A stretch of 56,103 nucleotides of DNA. It comes from a virus. Taxonomy: Duplodnaviria; Caudoviricetes. This document shows positions 8,915 through 19,800 of this stretch, piece by piece. Position numbers and translations under genes: made by a program. Where the stretch lies: positions 1 through 56,103 of the IMG/VR virus record IMGVR_UViG_3300033076_000684. The stretch is one strand, 5' to 3'. The notes beneath the pieces are model-generated. The model was not told the DNA's origin, made no database searches, and was given only the letters and a program-made list of their open reading frames with translations. Positions within the stretch are counted from its first letter, which is position 1. Each line of letters begins with the position of its first letter.

Positions 8915-11900
8915 TAGATTACCTCACTTAGATACACAGTTGTGCTTGGTCCATCAGATGATAATGAATACTCTATGCTATAGACAACAAACTTTTTATT
9001 TCTGTCAACAATTTGATCAATTCCTGCATCATCTGTCCAGAATATTTGAACCATATCTCCAAGCTGTATTACCGATCCTGCAAAAATAGAAAGACCAATG
9101 GATTTGCGTGGCTTAATAATTTTAGAAGAAAGCCATCCCATTAGATCTCTTGCAGAGTCTTCATTTTGAATATACTTAGCATCAATAGAGAATTCGTTTT
9201 TGCCATATGTAGATCTACTTGTTCTAATATCAAAATATTCTTTTTCTGCCTTAAGTGGTGAATTTGTTCCAGTAACCACAAAATCAACATTAGAAAAATC
9301 ACTATTATGCTTATAGTAGTCATCAATGGTCAGCTTTCTATCAGAGTTCTGTGTAAACGTAATACCCTGGATTCTAAGATAGTTACCTGTTGTTTCATCA
9401 AGGCTGATGACGCTATCTGTGTGGTTGAACACTAAGAACTCTGCTCCATAAGCTGTTGGCATAAAGCCAGAGACAGTATACCCCCTCACCTTATTAAAGG
9501 TTGGAGATATCTTTGCAGATAATGCTGGATATGCCTTATCATACTTGATATTGAAATATGCAGCCTCTCTCATAATAGAGCCAAACTCTTCAAAGAAGAT
9601 GTCGTGACCAGCCCCTTGCTGACCATTAATATCTGATAGATATGTTTTCTGTATTGCACCACTCATAGAATACTTTCTTAGCGATTCTGATATATCTAGT
9701 GTGCCATCATCAAATATTGATGTAAGAGGAGTAGAAAGACTTGCGGATGTATCTACAGAAACTTTCTTTGCAAGGGCATATACATTTTCAAACATAACCT
9801 TTGATGTACCACGAACAAATAGAGCCATATCTCTGTACTCTGGTAGTGGATCAGTATCATCGACAATAGCAACGCACTGATTATTAATATATAGGTAGAA
9901 TCGTCTAGCTGATGTCTTATCAATATTTTCATATTCAACAGCTAGGTCATATACTGTTGGATTTTGCTCAGAGTTTACTCTTGATTGCCCAGCAAAATTA
10001 CCTGAATCAACAATTATATTTCCTATTCCAGACCATAGCTTAATCGGTACTGAATTTCCACTACCATCACTTTTTATTTTATAAAAAATAATATTATTTA
10101 GTGTAACGTCTTCATCACCTATTACGGAGTCATCTGTTAGAGCAATCACCTCAAAGTAGTATCCGTTATTTGTTGATGGGTTTAGCATTACAGCCAAGCC
10201 TCCAGATGATCCACCAACCTTACCGTCTGCATAATAGCCCATAGATCCATATGGAGTTTGAAGCTTATTAGTTCCATTTTCAGCACGTCCAATGACTCTT
10301 AGTCTAGTGCCATAATGAGCAAATGGCCTTGATATTCCAACTGGAATATAGCTGATGTGGTCAGTTGCCTTTACTTCATTTGAAAATGTTGGTCCAGTAA
10401 ACACTAGTGCAGATGACTGCACAGTGCCAACTTCTGTAACTTTTAACTGGCTAAGCTGTGCATCAGTTTTATAGTTTCCACTAAGTGAATTTCTAATAAT
10501 ACCATTTCTTGTAGCACTGGATACAACGGAATTAGCAGGTCCTGCCGTTCCAATAAATGCCTCTTTGCTCTTTGTTTTTGCCTGATTGACATCGAATGTT
10601 AGCAAGTCAGACAAGTTCATCTTGCATCCACGTGTAGGATTGCTGCCATCTGAATTATTCCATTTGGCATCAAGTCCATATTTGTGCGACGTTATTTGTG
10701 TTCCAAACTGCCCACGTCCATGCTTGTTTACAGCACCATCTTTAAATCGTGTTATTCCGTCAACAGTTTCATATTTTGGCTCGCAGTATATTCTTACAAG
10801 CCCAGTTGGAAACATTGTTCCGCCAAACTTTACCTTTTGGAAATAGTTTGAGTATTCTTGTGTACTTTGTATCCAGACTGGTTCAGATTGTCCAGAAATG
10901 CTATACTGAACGGCATCAAATCTTATAATTTCTCCACTTGAGAAGAAGTATCCATTGTATCTTGTAATAAAGTAGATACCCTCTCCAAAATCAATAGTAT
11001 TATTAATTATTCTTCCATTTCTAACTTCTGGAAGACTTGTTCCAAGATCTGAATTTAGAGGAATAGCTGCAAGTGTGTAGGCTGACTGATTTGCAATCTG
11101 ACCATTTTGAGCTTTTGTATTAAGCGTTCCTGATGCCTCCCAAAGCAATGCAGGCTTATATATCCATGTCTTGTCTCTATCAATCATAGATGCTTGTTTG
11201 ATTGATCCATAAGATCTCTGAATATATTTCTCTTGAAAATTGATTGTTCCGCCATTGAAGACCTTTGATTCTTGAACAGAGATGTCTTCAATATTTGCAG
11301 AAAGCATTGATGTTTTTTCTCCACTCAAGATAATGTCTGTATCTCTTGGTGCAGTAGAATCTGGCAATAGGTAATTTCTTGACATAACAACAAAGTTATT
11401 ATCTTCATCAAAGAACATTGCAGACTGAGATGAGACAGCTAGGTCTTGTAGCACCTGCATGACAGACTGCTCATTGGTAGTATAGAAATATGGAATGATC
11501 AGATCATTATCATTTTCCATTCTTAAGAATTTGTAGTTTGAAAAACCAATAGAGTCAAGGAGTGTGGAGACTACGACACTTAAAGACACATCAACCATCA
11601 ATAACTCTGGAGCTGATGTTTGTTCGAAAAAGAATGATAAATCTCTAAGTTCAAATGATACTGTTCTATTGACACCCTTGATCGATGGTCTATTTGCAGA
11701 GTACAATGTCTTGATTGGTATTGTATAGACATTACCGTCTGAATCTGACATTTGCTGATAGATCATAAATTTAAACATTTGGTCTGCGTATTTAGCAATA
11801 ATACTTTGCTTATTATTTTCATTAAACACTTCGTTATAATCAAAAAGTGATATCGAACCAGTTCCTGCCAAAAGTTGTCCCACTGGCATTCCAGCATTTC

Positions 11901-13176
11901 CAAGATCTGACATGCTCTTTGTAACGTCTACAGATTCTGTCATATCTGTAAAATCGATAACTAATCTTGGAGACATTTCTATAAGGTCAAATGATGAATT
12001 ATTAGTATTCATTTGTTCAACAGCTACTCGCATTCCACGAATGTGCTGATATTTTGTATACTCTCTTTTGCCAGTTATTGGATTAATAAAAGAGTCATAA
12101 GGTGTAGACGCATTTACAACATTTCTAAAGTCAATTACCTCTGTGTGTAGCAATGACCAACCATATTTGGCAGCAAATGTTTTGTATCCATTTTTTGTGT
12201 ATACGTAAATAGTTCCAAGATCAGAATCTGATGTTTTTACTAAGTAGGCAGATCCTATGTCTGAAGTAAGTGGTACCATCTGACTAGAGATAAAAGAACG
12301 CTTATATTTAAAAATAGTAGAGTATTCTGTTGGAATTATAAGACCATAGTAAAGCTCTACATACCCATCATCACCAACAATTGGAGTGCCATCATTTCTT
12401 CTGTCAGATGGGACAAAGGAAACTGCATCAATCCATGTATCATTTTCATCAAGTACCTGGATTCTCCACTTAGATGGTGTTTTTGAATTGTTATATCCAT
12501 AAAATGGGTCATCAAAAGAGCTGCCAGATTTAGATATAAATGGTCCCTTATTTATTGATCCAACATGTGTTTGCATTTTGACTACTAATCTATTTACTGG
12601 AACACTTTGTGAATAAACGATAAATGGTGCTGCATCATCTATAAGATATGTTGTTGAATTGCCATTTTTTACTGGGTACGAGATTCCTCTGGTTCCATCT
12701 TCTATTCTGTCAGATGTCCAATATTTAAAAGTATCTTTTTTAGTTGCAACATAATATCTCGGTCTCTTTGCCATATCCTTATCTGCATAATGAAAGTATC
12801 TGTCTGCAAAATATTTAGCTTTATTGATTCCTGATCTTGGTCTAAATCTTCCAAAGCAATCCTCAAGTGAGTATAGTAATTTGGTTTGCTCTATTGGTGC
12901 TGTAAATTTTAGGGGTAGGTCTGACTCATCTATACCGCCATCAATTGTAATATCTGCATTAGTTGCATTAGTGTAGTATTGTCCTGCATCATTTTTATCA
13001 TATTTTGACATTAACGTATTGTATATTGATGATGGGTTGTTTGGACGATACCTATAATTACCAACCTTGGCAAAATTAGTTGCAATGTTCATATTGATTT
13101 CAGAAAACACAAAAGAAGAGACACTAACATTGTTAGATGACTGTAGATAATCTATAAGCTTTTGATTGCCAAACAT
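8914..13176 (-). CDS. Large tail-tip / central hub protein
   Basis: ~1420 aa, two genes after the tape measure; QSAMFFDEDNNFVVM and IQLGDMVQI hub-like motifs. Start at 13176 by TAATG overlap. Confidence 0.7.
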   Translation of the reverse strand: MFGNQKLIDYLQSSNNVSVSSFVFSEINMNIATNFAKVGNYRYRPNNPSSIYNTLMSKYDKNDAGQYYTNATNADITIDGGIDESDLPLKFTAPIEQTKLLYSLEDCFGRFRPRSGINKAKYFADRYFHYADKDMAKRPRYYVATKKDTFKYWTSDRIEDGTRGISYPVKNGNSTTYLIDDAAPFIVYSQSVPVNRLVVKMQTHVGSINKGPFISKSGSSFDDPFYGYNNSKTPSKWRIQVLDENDTWIDAVSFVPSDRRNDGTPIVGDDGYVELYYGLIIPTEYSTIFKYKRSFISSQMVPLTSDIGSAYLVKTSDSDLGTIYVYTKNGYKTFAAKYGWSLLHTEVIDFRNVVNASTPYDSFINPITGKREYTKYQHIRGMRVAVEQMNTNNSSFDLIEMSPRLVIDFTDMTESVDVTKSMSDLGNAGMPVGQLLAGTGSISLFDYNEVFNENNKQSIIAKYADQMFKFMIYQQMSDSDGNVYTIPIKTLYSANRPSIKGVNRTVSFELRDLSFFFEQTSAPELLMVDVSLSVVVSTLLDSIGFSNYKFLRMENDNDLIIPYFYTTNEQSVMQVLQDLAVSSQSAMFFDEDNNFVVMSRNYLLPDSTAPRDTDIILSGEKTSMLSANIEDISVQESKVFNGGTINFQEKYIQRSYGSIKQASMIDRDKTWIYKPALLWEASGTLNTKAQNGQIANQSAYTLAAIPLNSDLGTSLPEVRNGRIINNTIDFGEGIYFITRYNGYFFSSGEIIRFDAVQYSISGQSEPVWIQSTQEYSNYFQKVKFGGTMFPTGLVRIYCEPKYETVDGITRFKDGAVNKHGRGQFGTQITSHKYGLDAKWNNSDGSNPTRGCKMNLSDLLTFDVNQAKTKSKEAFIGTAGPANSVVSSATRNGIIRNSLSGNYKTDAQLSQLKVTEVGTVQSSALVFTGPTFSNEVKATDHISYIPVGISRPFAHYGTRLRVIGRAENGTNKLQTPYGSMGYYADGKVGGSSGGLAVMLNPSTNNGYYFEVIALTDDSVIGDEDVTLNNIIFYKIKSDGSGNSVPIKLWSGIGNIIVDSGNFAGQSRVNSEQNPTVYDLAVEYENIDKTSARRFYLYINNQCVAIVDDTDPLPEYRDMALFVRGTSKVMFENVYALAKKVSVDTSASLSTPLTSIFDDGTLDISESLRKYSMSGAIQKTYLSDINGQQGAGHDIFFEEFGSIMREAAYFNIKYDKAYPALSAKISPTFNKVRGYTVSGFMPTAYGAEFLVFNHTDSVISLDETTGNYLRIQGITFTQNSDRKLTIDDYYKHNSDFSNVDFVVTGTNSPLKAEKEYFDIRTSRSTYGKNEFSIDAKYIQNEDSARDLMGWLSSKIIKPRKSIGLSIFAGSVIQLGDMVQIFWTDDAGIDQIVDRNKKFVVYSIEYSLSSDGPSTTVYLSEVI

Positions 13177-13814
13177 TATACCTCTTCTAATGACACTGAA
13201 ATATTCCAAAGATCGTGTGTGCCACCACGCTTAACAACTTCATAATCTAGTGATGAGATATACATCTCTATTGCCTGTGGATATTCTCCAAGTCTTTCAA
13301 ATCTAAATTGATCTTTTTTAAACTCGTTAAACTTATCATATGATAGGTATACCCAAAATGATCCATTATTATTTTCATACCAATTCAAAATATCAACGCC
13401 ACCTGCACCGCCATCAGATGTAATAATTTGAGATGATACAAGAAGTGGATCAATTTCGCCAGTTGATGTATTAAAATTTGGATATGTTGTAAAGCCACGT
13501 GATGGCAAAAGGTTCCATGATGTGGAAAGATTTAGCTTATCTGCAACATGGTATGAACGCATTTGTCCATTTACCATGCGTTTACGTGTCTGAATTCTAT
13601 CTGTTTTAAAAGCTAGTGGCTCTCTATTATCATCAGATAAAATTAAAAACTGATCTTGTAGTGTAGCTGGGGTTTGAGAATCAACGTAATCATTTGTCTC
13701 TAAACCATAAGGAACATATTTGCCATTTATGATTAGTGGTGGCTGCTTTGACCACATCATTCCATGTGGACGTGAATATTTTTTACGCCCATCCATATAT
13801 GTCTGTGTGGCCAT
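13176..13814 (-). CDS. Distal-tail-like protein
   Basis: Directly after the tape measure; ends WNISVSLEEV. Confidence 0.6.
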   Translation of the reverse strand: MATQTYMDGRKKYSRPHGMMWSKQPPLIINGKYVPYGLETNDYVDSQTPATLQDQFLILSDDNREPLAFKTDRIQTRKRMVNGQMRSYHVADKLNLSTSWNLLPSRGFTTYPNFNTSTGEIDPLLVSSQIITSDGGAGGVDILNWYENNNGSFWVYLSYDKFNEFKKDQFRFERLGEYPQAIEMYISSLDYEVVKRGGTHDLWNISVSLEEV

Positions 13815-16800
13815 TAAATCTTAACTCCCCTTATTCTCTGTGAATCAATTGATCTAATCTTACCAATTACAGCATTTGCAATATCATTTGCACCTGCATT
13901 AGAAGATCCTACGTTCACATTTACACTATAATTATACACTGCTGAGCTTCCAGATGTTGCTGAATTTGATCCATTAACAACTGTAGGGGCAAAATTATTT
14001 CCAGAAGGAACTGAGATTGATGGTCCAGACATTGATGGCATAAAGTTTCCACTATTCATTGCACGCATCATTCCAACGCCATATTTGCCAACTGCAGACT
14101 TATTGACAACAAATTCTCCAGGGGTAAGCATTGCTGGAACAGTATCTGAGTTTCCTGTTCCTGGAACATGACCTCCAGAATTAAAGCCCATAGCTTTTGC
14201 AACACTACCATATCCAGACATGGTTGCAAATACAGATCCTGGAACTATTGACTTAGTTTGTGTTGCTGCTGGCTTATCTGCAATATTAAGATATGCCTTT
14301 TCATCAGCAGTTAAGGCTTGGCCACCAGTCAGTTTGGCTACAGCAGCCTGTTTTGCAGCAGCTGACAATCCAGTGTTCCCACTGCCACCAGTTGTGCCAG
14401 TACTACCAGCTGAACCAGTAGCTCCAGACTTTTCTTCTACTGTCTTGATAACGTGAGTTGTAGTGACTACCTTGCCATCAAGACCTCCCCACTTAGTGAC
14501 AAGGTCATTAACCATGCCAAGTGCTTTCTCAATTGCTGTCTTGTACTTGTCTGAATTAACTCTTGCAATATCAACAGCTGACTGTACTTCTTCCCATGCT
14601 GTCTTGTTTTTGCCAAGAACAGTGATTGAATCAATAGCAGCTTGTAGCTTTAGCTCAGCCTGTCTCTTTGCTTCAGTTGCTGGCTCAAGGGTCTGCTCCT
14701 CAATTGCAAAAATTTGCTTTTTAAGGTCAAGGCTTAGAGCTTCAATCTGTACTCTTGTTCTTCCCTGAGAATCTGTAAGTGATGCAAGTTCTTGTTCCTT
14801 TGCAGCATCCATAGCGTCTCTTTGTGATGTCATAGCAGCTTCTGCATCTTGTGCTCTCTTGTCTTCAATTGCTCTAGCAGCAGCTGCAATGTCACCTTGC
14901 GATAGAGCATCTGCAATTGTTAGTTGAGCTTTGTTTTGACGAGTAATAGCATCATTAGCCTTTTGAATCTTATCAAGTGCCTTGCTTCTATTGTCATACT
15001 TCTTGTTGACTTCTTCTTCCTGCCAGGCAATTTCTTGAATACCTGCGTCATAATCATCAATCTGGTATTGAAGTTTAGCAATCTTATCTTCAGCTTCACC
15101 AATTGTTGCATCTAGAGCATCCATATTGATAAGGTCTACGTTATTGCCACTTAGGTTCTTTCCTAGCTTATAGTCAAGAGTAATCTGTGCCTCTTTAGCA
15201 TCAAATGCTTCTTGAACCATGCTGTAGGCATCATCAAAGATTTGTTGCATGCCTTCTGCAGTTTGCATCTTAATCTTGACTTCAATTTCTTTATTTGCAC
15301 GAATCTTATCAATCGCTGACTGCAACTGCTCTGCACTAACAGTTCCAGCCTTAAAGCCATTTGCAAGGGCCTCATCTGATAGCAATGCATCCATTTCTTC
15401 TGCAGATGCACCAGTAGCACTAAGTGCAGATGCCATCTTTAGTTGATTATTCAAGGCTTCTTTTTGTGCAGCATTTTCCTTGCTCCAGTTGCCCCAGGCA
15501 TTCTTAATCTTTTCTGCCTCAAGTTTCTTAATGAGGTCAGTTAGAATCTTAACCTGTTTTGCAGTCTTTGCATTTGCAAGACCAGCAGCGATGGTTGCAT
15601 CATTTGCATACTGCCACGAAACTGCTGCACTTAGGTGTGCACTCTTAAGAAGCTTGTAAGCCTTAACAGAGTTTAGGATTTCTGTCCTTTGTGCCTTTAG
15701 CCCTTCTACAGCTTGCTGATATGGAGACTTTTGTCCACTTCCAGCAGAACTAATCTTATCCCACTGACGATCAGCAGTTACTAGACTATTTAGTGCACCC
15801 TTTAGGTCAGCTAGTGCTTGTGCGTATTTGTCTGTACCCTTTGCAGCTTCAACCTTTGCCATAGCATCTTGAATTGTTGCATTTGTGGCATACTTAATGG
15901 CCTCAGCAGTTGTCAGGTTTACTCCTTCAAGTGCAAGCAATGAATTATATGTATCAATGTTTGCTTGAACATTGTTTGCTTGTTCCTGAATGGCAAGAGA
16001 TACGTTAAGAGCATCTTGCTCTTTTCTTTGATTTTCAGTAGCAACTGCTGCTGTATTAATTGCATTGGTAATCTTTGTAAGAGTATTTGTATAGTCTTTT
16101 CCTGCAGCCTTACCCTTTTTCAAAACATTGAGTTGTTCTGGTGAAATTGATACACCTGCTGCAGTTGCCTTTAGAATCAGGAACTGATCATTAATATCAT
16201 TAATTCCAGCAATTGCATCTGTCATGCCCATAGCTTTTGCAATTTGAGGAAGAGCAATTAGTTTTGCCTCATCTGTTAGCGATGCAAAGCTAGTGCCAAC
16301 CTCACCAATTTTTTCTATCAGTGTTGTTGCATCTATTGTTCCAGACTCAAAACTGTTTGTCAATGCCTGTAGGCTTGTACCAATTTGACCACCTGCAACC
16401 TGTACTGATTTTTGCTCATCTGTTGTTAGTGTATTAGTTGCAGATGATGCATTAGCAGCACCACCTGTAACAAGACCGCTAAGGTCTGCTGAATGCTTTG
16501 AGGCAATATTGTTAAGTGATACAGCTGCTTGTGCTACCTGAGAATCAAGCTGTGCCTTGCCTTCTGGTGTATCAAGACCTAGATTAACACTAGCAAATGT
16601 TAAGTTAAGATCTTTTCTTCCAGCTGCTGCTGCAATAGCACGAATGATTCCGTCAACTGTTTCTGGGCCAAAACCAGAGTTTCCAAGTTGAAGTGCTAAT
16701 GATTGTAGTGATGATTGTGCATCACCCTTTGTGGCTGCACCAATAGCAGTAATATTCTCAGCAAAGTAATCCTTAAAGCTCTTTGCATCTGACCCATAAG

Positions 16801-19800
16801 TTGCACCCTCAACCTTTTGCTGCATTGATTGCTGATCTGCAGTTACGCCAGATGCAACACCAACACGATCTGCTAAATTAACTGTTGTAGTTGTAACTCC
16901 AAGGGCTTCTCCAAGTGCTGCTACCTTTTCAGCAGCCATGGCAGCAGTATCTCCAAGGCCACTAACCTTATCTGCCTCACCCTTAAAGAAATCAACAAGC
17001 CACTTTATACCAAGTGCTAGTGCTGCAAGTCCTGCAACAACAAGAGCAATTGGCCATACCATTGACCATATAGAAACCGCTCCTGCACCTGCAGCAACTG
17101 CCTCTGCAGCTTGTGCTCCAGTCGCAACCTTTGTTGCAGCATTCATTCCAAGAAGACCCATAATGAACATTCTTGAGGTTGCAGCAATCTTTGCTAGACC
17201 TGATGCAAAGTTTCCTTGTGCAATTATAGATGCAGCCTTAATGCCAAGCTCAAGTCTTTCTTTGCTTACAAGCAAATTGCTCATCATAGAAAGTGCAAAC
17301 ATTGCAGAAGAAACACCAGTAATTACTGAACCAAGTCCACCAAGATCATTTCCAAACATACCAGCAATCATTGTTACAGAACCTAGTACGCTAGAAATTC
17401 CCATTAATCTATTATTAAATGTAGAGAATGATTCTGTTGTCTTTTGTATTTGTGCTGTGAATGCTGCAGTATTTCTTGCCTGCTTCTTTTCAATGGCTGC
17501 ACCTACAATTGATTTTCTTTCTGCATTACGTCTCTTTGACTTATCAATTGATGTTGGCTGTGCACCACCATATAGGTTTTGTCTACTTGCTTCAGCCATA
17601 GATGTCTGAGTTGCCTTCTTAACATCATCCTTGCCTTCAACTACAGCCTCTACAACTCCATCAACTAGATTCTTTGCTGCCTTACGTGTTTTCTTTGAAG
17701 GAGATGCTGATTCAGATTCAGCATTAATTCCATCTGCAAAATTTTGTACAGTTCTTTCTCCTGCTGCTCTTACTGAGTCTTTTGCACTGTCTACCCCAGC
17801 AATAAACGCTGTCTTTTCTTGTGGGGTTGCAACACCAACTGATGGATCAGAAGAGAGTGCTCCTGGAACAGTTGCACCTGCAATTGCACGTTTAGCGTTA
17901 TTTGCAACTGCCTGATTACTCTTCCAATATTCTTCGTCAACTGATGTTATCTTCTTTAGGATCTCTGCCTGCTTTGCAAGCTCTACCTCTGATAGTGCAA
18001 GACCGTCATTAATCTTGCCCATCATAGATGTGTATTGATCCTCAGATATAGAACCCTTTTGACGCATGTCCTCTAGCTCTGCAACATACTTGTCATAGAA
18101 CTTAACAACACGTCGTTCTCCAGACGCTAGTGCTTCAGAGATTGCATTTTCACTGTGTGTCTGTAGGTTAGCACCCTTTAGGTCCCATGCTTCTGGGAAT
18201 GCCTTTGCAGAACCAGAAACTTTTACCCTGTGTGCTCTATCTACCTGATATTGTCCACCAGGCAATCCAAGCTGTTCTTCTGCTGCAAGGCGTGACTTTG
18301 CTCTTTGTAGTTCATCAGCTCTTCCAGCTTTATCTGCTTGCTGTTGAATTGTTCCAACACCAGTTGCTGCATGTGCTAGTGGCTTGCCCTTAACTCCAAG
18401 TTCTTCATTGTAGAATTTTTGAACTTGCTTTGCAACATTTTGCCCACTAACATCTTCTGCTGCAACTGCAAAAGCTTTAAGAAACTTTTTAACTGCTACA
18501 GTTCCCTCTTCTGATAAGGTTGCAAGTGAATCAAATAATTTTGTAACAACTTCGTCTTTTTGATCAACCTTGATTAGACCATTTGCAATTCCATCAAGTA
18601 TTTTCTGAATTCTGTCAACAGTAGTCTGTGATGCATTGATGTCCATAGCTGTTGATCCATATGAGATAGACCCCTTTGGAGATCCTGGACCACCACCAGT
18701 TTTGAATCCAGGAATCTTTACCTTTCCACCAGCTAGTAGTGCTGCAACGATGTTTGGATTTTGTTTTACAGTATCTGCTGTAAGTACAACTTCTCCATCT
18801 GAAAGATTTGCAGGAATCTTATCTCCCTTTGGGCCACCTGGACCTGAGACAACTACTCCACCATCAGCAAAACCTTTACGCTTTGGTGCTCCTCCTGCAA
18901 CGCTTGCACCACCAAATCTAGCTTGTGAGGCTGCAGCTCTATCCATTGCATCACGAAGTCTGTCAATAGCAGCAGCTTCAGATGTAAATGTTTGTGTTAG
19001 CTTTCCATGAACTTGGTCAAGTGATGATGCAACAGCAGCAGCTTGTAACTGCTCAGTAGTCATATACTGAGTTTGCTCACCAAGGTCTGTTGTCTCTTTA
19101 AGAGTTCCTTGCATTGCATTCTTAAGGAATAGGAATCCCTTCATACCGTTTGCAATTGCGTTAGCGATAAGACCAAATGCCATAATAAATACAGGAGCAA
19201 CAACACCTGCAAGTCCAACAATTGTTGTGATAAAGCCCTTTGCCCCATCAGTCATATTATTAAACATATTGAGAATCTTTGTTCCAAAATCGATGAATGG
19301 TGTGACCATCTTCATGAACTGCTCTCCAACTGGGGCCATTGCAGCTTGGAACTTTTCAAGTGCAGCCTGGAACTTGTATAGTGGAGAGTCTTCTACTGTT
19401 GAAAGCTCTTTTGCAGACAGTGCAGCAAGGTCTGATGCAGTCATGTTACTTAACTCAAGTACACGCTGTGCCTGTGTTCCTTCTGCGACTACGTTCTTAA
19501 ACAATGCAGATAGACGTGCAAACTGGAACTTTCCAAATAGCTGCTCAATAGCCTGTGCTCTTGCTGTAGGATCAAGCTTGTCTAATGCTTTTGCAAATTC
19601 TACAACAACTCCAGATACGTTACCCTCGTTGTCTGCGACAATCTTATTCATATCAATACCCATGCCAAGAAGCATTGTTCTTGCTTTTTCTGATGGGTTA
19701 ATCAATGATGCTAGACCAGACTTAAGTGCGTTGGCACCTTCTGATGCGTTAATTCCACCTTCCTTCATAGCTGTCATAAAGAATGATAGGTCTTCTACGT

